Assembly: GCA_965112635.1 (NCBI GenBank)
Contig: OZ218778.1
Coordinates: forward strand, 1,845,807-1,909,806
Direction: 5' to 3'
Source of the DNA: an uncultured bacterium
Lineage (GTDB): Bacteria; Oederibacteriota; Oederibacteriia; Oederibacteriales; Oederibacteriaceae
DNA length: 64,000 nt
The translations under genes and the position numbers were made by a program. Each line of letters opens with the position of its first letter. The stretch's first letter is position 1. Positions 1-8,432 of this stretch are shown here, in pieces. The notes under the pieces were generated by a model. The model searched no databases, was not told the DNA's origin, and worked only from the letters and a program-made list of their open reading frames with translations.

Positions 1-3000
1 CAGACCTACACGTTGACTAATACAGCTACCGTTACATCCACGAATACGAACACCCAGACCGCTACCGCCACGGCCACACAGACCTATTCTTTGACCAACA
101 CAGCTACAGCTACGGCCACGAACACAAACACGCGGACAGCTACCAGCACGGCCACTTACACGCTAACCAGCACCGCTACCGCCACGGCCACGCAGACCTA
201 TACTTTAACTAACACCGCTACAGCTACGGTTACGAATACAAACACGCGGACGGCCACAAGCACGGCTACCTATACTTTGACCAGCACCGCTACAGCTACG
301 AATACGGCCACGAACACGGCTACCAATACGGCTACTAGCACAGCTACAAATACGGCCACCCAGACGGCGACCTCAACCGCTACCGCCACAGCTACATCTA
401 CGGTTACCGCCACCAATACGGCCACCAGCACTACTACCAGCACAGCAACTAATACGACTACCAACACAGCTACTAATACAGCCACCCAGACCGCTACCGC
501 CACGGCCACACGGACCTATTCTTTGACCAACACAGCTACGAACACAGCTACACCAACGCTGACCTCAACTACTACCGCAACAGCTACATCTACGGTTACA
601 GCGACCAATACGACAACGAATACTGCAACAAATACGGCTACGAACACAACTACTCAGACAGCGACCTCAACTACTACTGCCACAGCTACATCCACGATTA
701 CAGCGACCAGCACGGCTACTAATACGGCCACTAACACAGCAACCAATACTGGGACAAATACTGCCACGAATACTGTTACCCAGACGATGACCGCAACTAT
801 TACTGTCACAGCTACATCTACAGCTTCAGCCACCAATTCGGCTACGAACACAGCTACTAACACGGCGACTAATACGGCCACGAACACGGCTACAAATACT
901 GCCACGAATACAGCCACCCAGACGGCGACCTCAACTGCTACCGCCACAGCTACATCTACGGTTACCGCCACCAATACGGCCACCAGCACTACTACCAGCA
1001 CAGCAACTAATACGACTACCAACACAGCTACTAATACAGCCACCCAGACCGCTACCGCCACGGCCACACAGACCTATTCTTTGACTAACACAGCTACCGC
1101 TACATCCACGAACACAAACACGCAGACGGCCACAAGCACGGCCACTTACACGCTAACCAGCACAGCTACGGCCACCGCTACGCAGACCTATACTTTGACC
1201 AGCACCGCTACAGCTACGGTTACGAATACAAACACGCGGACGGCCACAAGCACGGCTACCAATACGGCTACTAGCACAGCTACAAATACGGCCACCAACA
1301 CAGCTACGAACACAGCTACACCAACGCTGACCTCAACTACTACCGCAACAGCTACATCTACGGTTACAGCGACCAATACGACAACGAATACTGCAACAAA
1401 TACGGCTACGAACACAACTACTCAGACAGCGACCTCAACTACTACTGCCACAGCTACATCCACGATTACAGCGACCAGCACGGCTACTAATACGGCCACT
1501 AACACAGCAACCAATACTGGGACAAATACTGCCACGAATACTGTTACCCAGACGATGACCGCAACTATTACTGTCACAGCTACATCTACAGCTTCAGCCA
1601 CCAATTCGGCTACGAACACAGCTACTAACACGGCGACTAATACGGCCACGAACACGGCTACAAATACTGCCACGAATACAGCCACCCAGACGGCGACCTC
1701 AACTGCTACCGCCACAGCTACATCTACGGTTACCGCCACCAATACGGCCACCAGCACTACTACCAGCACAGCAACTAATACGACTACCAACACAGCTACT
1801 AATACAGCCACCCAGACCGCTACCGCCACGGCCACACAGACCTATTCTTTGACCAACACAGCTACAGCTACGGTTACGAATACAAACACGCGGACGGCCA
1901 CAAGCACGGCTACCAATACGGCTACTAGCACAGCTACAAATACGGCCACCAACACAGCTACGAACACAGCTACACCAACGCTGACCTCAACTACTACCGC
2001 CACAGCTACATCTACGGTTACAGCGACCAATACTTCTACGAATACAGCTACTAATACGCCCACCAATACAGCTACTTGGACTGCGACCCCAACCGCCACT
2101 GCCACATCAACATCTACAGTTACAGACACCAGTACAGCTACTTATACTGGGACAAATACGGCTACGAACACCACTACCAATACGGCCACTAACACGGCAA
2201 CCAACACAGCGACGAATACAGCTACAAGTACGGCAACCAGCACGAGTACCACGACAAATACGGTAACGAATACAGTTACTAACACAGCCACAAATACGGT
2301 TACTTGGACAATGACTAATACGGCTACCAACACAGCTACAAATACAGCCACCCAGACGGCGACCTCAACTGCTACCGCCACAGCTACATCTACGGTTACA
2401 GCGACCAATACGACAACGAATACTGCAACAAATACCGCAACGAACACAACTACTCAGACAGCGACCTCAACTACTACTGCCACAGCTACATCCACGATTA
2501 CAGCGACCAGCACGGCTACTAATACGGCCACTAAAACAGCAACCAATACTGGGACAAATACTGCCACGAATACTGTTACCCAGACGATGACCGCAACTAT
2601 TACTGTCACAGCTACATCTACGGTTACCGCAACCAATACGGCCACAAACACAGCTACGAATACGGCTTCTCAGACAACAACAGCAACAACTACTACTACA
2701 GCTACCAATACAGCTACTAATACGTCCACCAATACTGCTACTTGGACTGCGACCCTAACTGCCACTGCCACGTTAACATCTACAGTTACGGCCACCAGTA
2801 CAGCTACTTATACTGGGACAAATACGGCTACGAACACCGCTACCAATACAGCTACTTGGACAGCAACTAATACGGCCACCAACACAGCTACGAACACAAA
2901 TACTCAGACAGCGACCTCAACTGCTACTGCCACGGCTACGTCTACTAATACAGTAACCAATACGACAACCAATACGGCCACAAATACTGCAACAAATACA

Positions 3001-6000
3001 TCCACGATTACAGCTACCCAGACGGCAACAACAACTGCTACTGCCACTGCTACATCTACGGTTACAGCTACCAATACAGCTACTGATACGACAACGAATA
3101 CGGCCACAAATACGACTACGAACACCACTACCAATACGGTTACTAACACGGCAACAAATACAGCGACGAATACGGCTACCAGTACGGCAACCAGTACGAG
3201 TACCACTACGAACACAGCCACGAACACAGCCACTAATACTGCGACAAATACAGGCACAAATACTGCTACCCAGACGATGACATCAACTGTTACTGCCACA
3301 GCTACATCTACTGCTACAACTACCAATACGGCGACCAGCACGGCAACTAATACAGCTACGAATACAGCTTCTCAGACAGCAACCGCAACCCCTACCGCCA
3401 CAGCTACGGCTTCTAATACAACAACCAATACTGCAACAAATACTGTCACTACCACGACTACCAACACGGCCACTACTACAGTTACCAATACGGCTACAAA
3501 TACCACTACAGATACGGCAACTAATACGACTACCAGCACAGCTACAAACACAGCAACTCAGACTTCTACGAACACCACTACCAGCACAGCTACAAATACG
3601 GTTACAAATACGGCTACTTCTACAATAACCAACACAGCTTCGAGTACCGCTACAAACACAACAACTAATACGATTACCAATACTGCTACAAACACAGCGA
3701 CTCAGACTGTGACGAACACGGCTACCATTACAGCTACAAGCACGACTACAAACACAGCTACGAACACGGCAACTAGCACTGCGACAAATACAGCGACGAA
3801 TACAGCTACAAGTACTGCAACAAGTACGAGTTCCGCTACCAATACAGCTACCAACACTGCTACAAATACCGTCACTAATACTGCTACGAACACGGCAACC
3901 AATACTGCGACAAATACAACGACGATTACAGCTACCCAGACGGCGACCTTAACTACTACTACCACAGCTACATCTACGGTTACGGCAACCAACACGGCTT
4001 CTAATACAACAACAAATACTGCTACCAGCACGGCCACTAATACGGCAACAAATACTGCTACAAATACTGCCACGAATACTGCTACACAGACGGCGAGCTC
4101 AACTGTTACTGCCACAGCGACAGCTACATTGACAGCGACCAACACAACCACAAACACGACTTCCAATACAACTACGAACTCAGACACTCCAACAGCTACG
4201 AACACCGCTACCATTACAGTTACCAGTACGGCCACTAATACTATGACTAATACATCAACTAGTACTGGCACGAATACCAATACAACAACCCAAACAACCA
4301 CGAACACAACAACAAATACGGCTACTTGGACGGCGACTATTACTCCTACTAATACCACCACGAACACAGCTACAAACACGACTACAAACACAACCACGAA
4401 CACAGCAACTAACACTGCGACAATTACTTCAACTACTACCACTACCAATACTGCCACCAATACGGTTACTAACACTGCAAGCAATACTGCTACAAATACA
4501 GCGACGATTACTGCTACCCAGACGGCGACCTCAACTGCTACCGCCACAGCTACATCTACGGTTACAGCGACCATCACAACTACTAACACGACTACGAATA
4601 CCGCTACGAACACGACCACTAATACAGCTACCAATACAGCGACCAATACGGCTACGAATACCGCCACGAATACAACAACTAATACGACTACCAATACAGC
4701 TTCAAACACGGCAACCCAGACGGCTACGAACACCGCTACTATTACCTCTACAAACACGACTACAAACACAGCCACCAACACGGAAACTAACACTGTGACT
4801 ATTACTTCAACTACTACCGCTACCAATACTGCCACCAACACCGCGACGAGTACTGCAACTAATACAGCTACAAACACGACCACGGGAACCGTAACAAATA
4901 CTGCAACCAACACAGCGACTCAGACGGCTACGAGCACCACTACAAATACAGCTACCAATACGGCCACCAATACTGTGACCAATACATCAACTAGTACAGG
5001 TACGAATACCGATACGGCAACCCAAACAACTACGAATACAACAACAAATACGGCGACTTGGACGGCGACTAATACTCCTACTAATACCATCACGAACACT
5101 TCCACTAACACGACTACAAATACCACAACAAATACTGCAACTAATACGGTAACGAACACAAATACGATCACGAATACAGCGACCCAGACGATTACCAATA
5201 CTGTGACCAGTACAACAACAAGCACCACGACTTATACAACAACGAACACGAGCACCAGCACTAACACGGCGACTCAAACCGCAACGAATACAACTACAAG
5301 CACTGTTACAAATACAAGCACCCAAACAGCGACAAATACGACTACTCAGACCGCCACTCAAACAGCAACTCAGACAGAGACAGTTACTGCAACCGACACG
5401 GCAACTCAAACTGCCACCCAGACAATCACTCAGACAGCGTCAAGTACGGAGACCGTCACGAATACCACCACAGCAACCAGCACGACTACGACAACCAATA
5501 CAACTACTGCAACTTGTTCGTCTACCTTGACCGCAACTCCTACAGTGACCAGCACGTTGACAACGACCTTTACGGGGACAAGTTCAGCAACTCAAACGGC
5601 GACTGCAACTAGTACAAATACGAATACGAATACTGCAACAGGCACTACGACCAATACGGAAACTAATACAGCTACTCAGACTGCTTCGAGTACCGTGACA
5701 ACAACTGGCACGCCGACGAATACGGTTACCTCGACAGCCACTATTTCCCTTACATTCACAAATACAGTGACTCAAACCACAACAGCTACGGCTACTTTGA
5801 CGGTTACGACTACTACTACAAGTACAATTACAAATACTGCCACCACCACCAATACGGAGACATCGACATCTACCAGCACGACCACTGGTTCGGAGACTGC
5901 TACAAGTTCCGCGACAACGACGCCCACTAATACTGGTACCTCAACCACTACCGCAACGGAAACGATTACCGCTACTATAACTTGTACATTTACCGAAACT

Positions 6001-7974
6001 TACACGGAAACTAGCACATCAACTAATACAGCTACTCCTACAAATACCTGCACTGTAACTGTGACTACAACTTCAACTGAAACTATGACTTCCACCTGTT
6101 CTTACACTGCCACTTTGACAGATACAGTGACTTTAACTTGGACTGAAACAGCAACTTGTACTGAGACGGCAACCTGGACTGAAACAAGTTCACCAACAGC
6201 AACTGCCACGATCACGCTGACCCCAACCTCGACTCAGACAGGGACCCAAACGGCGACTCAGACTGATACGCAATCTGCAACCTCTACGGGCACCCCAACA
6301 AGCACTAACACAGTTTCGAATACAGTGACCCAGACAAGTACCAGCACTTTAACTTCAACGTTGTCATCTACCGGAACGACCACATCAACTGGGACAATAA
6401 CGAGCACGGGAACAATGACTATGACAGCGACTAATACAGGTACAGTGACGTTGAGTTCTACCTCAACCAATACCCCCACTCCAACTCCAACAAGTAGTGC
6501 CACCAATACGATTACGCTGACTTATACTCAAACTAAGACTGGCACCGTCACCACTACAGCAACACAAACAGCAACGGTGACCACGACAGGCACCATCACC
6601 CTTACCTTTACACAAACGGCTACATCTACGATGACCGCCACGACGACCATGACAGCAACGATCACCCTGACCAGTACTATTACTTTGACTTTTACGCAGA
6701 CGGCAACAGCTACTAACACGGCAACGATCACTCTGACTTTCACGAGCACCAATTCTGCTACAAACACTGATACAGCATCTAGGACGAGCACCGCCACCAT
6801 GACAGCGACTATTACTCTGACCCCAACTATCACCCAGACACCTACAACAACTACTACATATTCTTTGACCCTAACTCCGAGTTTAACCTTTACTTATTTG
6901 CCTTCTTCTACCCAAACCATGACAAGCACCATTAGCCCAACTTCATCCAAAACACCAACAATCACTTTGACATTTACCCAATCCTTAACAACGACTAATA
7001 CCGGTACCGTGACGGTTACCATGACCATCACTACTACCGGGACCATAACGGCTACCTCCACTTCAACACAAACTTATTCGAGGACGGCGACTATCACCCT
7101 CACTGCCACAATTTCCAATACGCCCTCTCAAACCCTAACGCTTACAATTACAACCACCTCGTCCCTCACGCCTACTTCGACTAACACCAGTACAGCAACA
7201 AGGACTGCGACAGTTACCGCGACGAGCATTGGAACCTCTACCCAAACATGGACCTTAACCACCACTCTGACCCTAACCTATACTCCCACTACCACTATGA
7301 CCATTACGCTCACCACGACCCCTACGACGACTCCAACGCCCTCACTTACCCTAACCAGCACCTATTCAGTCACGTCTTCCCAAACCTTCACTGCTAGCAC
7401 GACCTTCACGATCACTCCCACCCCTGGACCTTCTACTCTAACGGTCCAGGTTTTGGATGCGTTTGATGAACTGAGGTTGTCTGGGGCCACGGTTTCTATC
7501 ACAGGGCCTTCAGGAACGCTAACTGGCAGTACGGATGGACGGGGGAATGTTACCTTTAACGGACTAGTCTTTGGGTCATATACCGTAAGTGCTTCAATGA
7601 CCGGCTATAATGGATCTTCAGGGAATGCTGTGCTAGCTCAACTAAATAATAGTTTGTTGATACGGCTCTACACGCAGTACAAGTCCAGTGTCCCTTATCT
7701 GACCAAGAACATAATCAACCCACTGAAAAATGAGAGCCTTGAGATCGGATGTCTGCTTACTCAGAAAGAGCACGTTTTGATCAAGATATTTACCCTTTCT
7801 GGCGGGGCAGAGATCATCACTCTTGTTGATCAGGACATTAGTCAGGGTCGCTATGCTGTAGAATGGTTCGGCAAAACCATTAATGGTGACACTGTGGGCA
7901 ATGGGATTTATATAGTCTTTATTCAACTCGGGACTGACAGGTTCATCAAGAAAGTCGCTGTAGTTAAGCAATAA
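1..7974 (+). CDS. Giant surface/secreted protein, 5'-partial (>2,650 aa). About 2,400 residues of alternating Thr-X (TNTATNTAT...), then a CarboxypepD_reg-like beta-sandwich (~7441-7680) and a C-terminal FlgD-Ig/T9SS-CTD-like domain (~7690-7974)
   Basis: Frame 1 is open from nt 1 (QTYTLTNTAT...), so the N-terminus lies outside the window. Thr sits at every second position from residue 1 to about 2450. The C-terminus reads GATVSITGPSG..DGRGNVTFNGLVFGSYTVSASMTGY (CarboxypepD_reg pattern), then NPLKNESLEIG..VLIKIFTLSGGAEIITLVD..VEWFGKT.NGDTVGNGIYIVFIQL..KKVAVVKQ. The same C-terminal domain family is shared by all cargo proteins in this window. Confidence 0.8.
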   Translation, partial: QTYTLTNTATVTSTNTNTQTATATATQTYSLTNTATATATNTNTRTATSTATYTLTSTATATATQTYTLTNTATATVTNTNTRTATSTATYTLTSTATATNTATNTATNTATSTATNTATQTATSTATATATSTVTATNTATSTTTSTATNTTTNTATNTATQTATATATRTYSLTNTATNTATPTLTSTTTATATSTVTATNTTTNTATNTATNTTTQTATSTTTATATSTITATSTATNTATNTATNTGTNTATNTVTQTMTATITVTATSTASATNSATNTATNTATNTATNTATNTATNTATQTATSTATATATSTVTATNTATSTTTSTATNTTTNTATNTATQTATATATQTYSLTNTATATSTNTNTQTATSTATYTLTSTATATATQTYTLTSTATATVTNTNTRTATSTATNTATSTATNTATNTATNTATPTLTSTTTATATSTVTATNTTTNTATNTATNTTTQTATSTTTATATSTITATSTATNTATNTATNTGTNTATNTVTQTMTATITVTATSTASATNSATNTATNTATNTATNTATNTATNTATQTATSTATATATSTVTATNTATSTTTSTATNTTTNTATNTATQTATATATQTYSLTNTATATVTNTNTRTATSTATNTATSTATNTATNTATNTATPTLTSTTTATATSTVTATNTSTNTATNTPTNTATWTATPTATATSTSTVTDTSTATYTGTNTATNTTTNTATNTATNTATNTATSTATSTSTTTNTVTNTVTNTATNTVTWTMTNTATNTATNTATQTATSTATATATSTVTATNTTTNTATNTATNTTTQTATSTTTATATSTITATSTATNTATKTATNTGTNTATNTVTQTMTATITVTATSTVTATNTATNTATNTASQTTTATTTTTATNTATNTSTNTATWTATLTATATLTSTVTATSTATYTGTNTATNTATNTATWTATNTATNTATNTNTQTATSTATATATSTNTVTNTTTNTATNTATNTSTITATQTATTTATATATSTVTATNTATDTTTNTATNTTTNTTTNTVTNTATNTATNTATSTATSTSTTTNTATNTATNTATNTGTNTATQTMTSTVTATATSTATTTNTATSTATNTATNTASQTATATPTATATASNTTTNTATNTVTTTTTNTATTTVTNTATNTTTDTATNTTTSTATNTATQTSTNTTTSTATNTVTNTATSTITNTASSTATNTTTNTITNTATNTATQTVTNTATITATSTTTNTATNTATSTATNTATNTATSTATSTSSATNTATNTATNTVTNTATNTATNTATNTTTITATQTATLTTTTTATSTVTATNTASNTTTNTATSTATNTATNTATNTATNTATQTASSTVTATATATLTATNTTTNTTSNTTTNSDTPTATNTATITVTSTATNTMTNTSTSTGTNTNTTTQTTTNTTTNTATWTATITPTNTTTNTATNTTTNTTTNTATNTATITSTTTTTNTATNTVTNTASNTATNTATITATQTATSTATATATSTVTATITTTNTTTNTATNTTTNTATNTATNTATNTATNTTTNTTTNTASNTATQTATNTATITSTNTTTNTATNTETNTVTITSTTTATNTATNTATSTATNTATNTTTGTVTNTATNTATQTATSTTTNTATNTATNTVTNTSTSTGTNTDTATQTTTNTTTNTATWTATNTPTNTITNTSTNTTTNTTTNTATNTVTNTNTITNTATQTITNTVTSTTTSTTTYTTTNTSTSTNTATQTATNTTTSTVTNTSTQTATNTTTQTATQTATQTETVTATDTATQTATQTITQTASSTETVTNTTTATSTTTTTNTTTATCSSTLTATPTVTSTLTTTFTGTSSATQTATATSTNTNTNTATGTTTNTETNTATQTASSTVTTTGTPTNTVTSTATISLTFTNTVTQTTTATATLTVTTTTTSTITNTATTTNTETSTSTSTTTGSETATSSATTTPTNTGTSTTTATETITATITCTFTETYTETSTSTNTATPTNTCTVTVTTTSTETMTSTCSYTATLTDTVTLTWTETATCTETATWTETSSPTATATITLTPTSTQTGTQTATQTDTQSATSTGTPTSTNTVSNTVTQTSTSTLTSTLSSTGTTTSTGTITSTGTMTMTATNTGTVTLSSTSTNTPTPTPTSSATNTITLTYTQTKTGTVTTTATQTATVTTTGTITLTFTQTATSTMTATTTMTATITLTSTITLTFTQTATATNTATITLTFTSTNSATNTDTASRTSTATMTATITLTPTITQTPTTTTTYSLTLTPSLTFTYLPSSTQTMTSTISPTSSKTPTITLTFTQSLTTTNTGTVTVTMTITTTGTITATSTSTQTYSRTATITLTATISNTPSQTLTLTITTTSSLTPTSTNTSTATRTATVTATSIGTSTQTWTLTTTLTLTYTPTTTMTITLTTTPTTTPTPSLTLTSTYSVTSSQTFTASTTFTITPTPGPSTLTVQVLDAFDELRLSGATVSITGPSGTLTGSTDGRGNVTFNGLVFGSYTVSASMTGYNGSSGNAVLAQLNNSLLIRLYTQYKSSVPYLTKNIINPLKNESLEIGCLLTQKEHVLIKIFTLSGGAEIITLVDQDISQGRYAVEWFGKTINGDTVGNGIYIVFIQLGTDRFIKKVAVVKQ
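290..2650 (+). repeat. Near-perfect long tandem DNA repeats inside the giant ORF (units of about 560-780 bp; e.g. 537-1304 vs 1305-2072, 343-520 vs 903-1080 vs 1683-1860)
   Basis: Minus-strand antisense ORFs 654..1067 and 1422..1835 give identical 137-aa translations. Visible nucleotide identity over hundreds of bp (e.g. gccacccagacggcgacctcaactgctaccgccacagctacatctacggttaccgccaccaatacggccaccagcactactaccagc recurs three times). Confidence 0.85.
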
Positions 7975-8030
7975 ATACACATGATTTTCGGTTGTTTTAT
8001 CTGGGAGGAACAGTTGAAAGGCTGGCTTAA

Positions 8031-8426
8031 ATGAACTGGAAAAAGGTTGTTCTTTGTATTTTTATTACCCTTTTCTCCTTATGGGGCAATCTTGCATTCA
8101 GCCAAGGCATTCCATGGCTGGACCAAGATGGGTTGTTTCTGGGCCATAACAAGATCAATCCGCTGAATCATGAGTCTGTATCTGTTGTCTATCATTTGGC
8201 GCAGGACACCCATGTGGTCATAAAAATTTATGATCTTTCCGGCCAGAAACTTATCAGGACATTAGTGGACGGGAATTTTGGAGGGAGTTGGTCATACCAA
8301 GTTTTTTGGGATGGCACCAGTAGAAGTGGAGATGTTGTTGGAAATGGTATTTACGTCATTCAGTTAGTAACCAAAAGTGTAAATATACTCAAATTCATTG
8401 CCGTGGTTAAAACCACAGGCAGTTAA
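8031..8426 (+). CDS. Small secreted protein made only of a signal peptide plus one FlgD-Ig/CTD-like domain (CTD-only minigene; paralog of the giant ORF C-terminus)
   Basis: MNWKKVVLCIFITLFSLWGNLAFSQG signal peptide. NPLNHESVSV..VVIKIYDLSGQKLIRTLVD..VFWDGTSRSGDVVGNGIYVIQL..KFIAVVK closely parallels the last 90 aa of 1..7974. GGGAGG RBS at ~8001. Confidence 0.7.
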   Translation: MNWKKVVLCIFITLFSLWGNLAFSQGIPWLDQDGLFLGHNKINPLNHESVSVVYHLAQDTHVVIKIYDLSGQKLIRTLVDGNFGGSWSYQVFWDGTSRSGDVVGNGIYVIQLVTKSVNILKFIAVVKTTGS

Positions 8427-8432
8427 AGGGGG

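Noticed and set aside
1-5300. Possibility that the periodic repeats represent a CRISPR array or satellite DNA
   Set aside because: Periodicity is 6 nt (2 codons) inside a continuous 8-kb ORF with protein domains at its 3' end. There is no repeat-spacer architecture and no cas genes.
270-5409. Many minus-strand ORFs (65-403 aa) translating to VAVAVLVAV... or Cys-rich peptides
   Set aside because: They are antisense reads of the ACN-NNN Thr-X repeat codons of the giant plus-strand gene. Hydrophobic Val/Ala strings arise automatically from GYN/NGT complements. No RBS; they share the repeat structure exactly.
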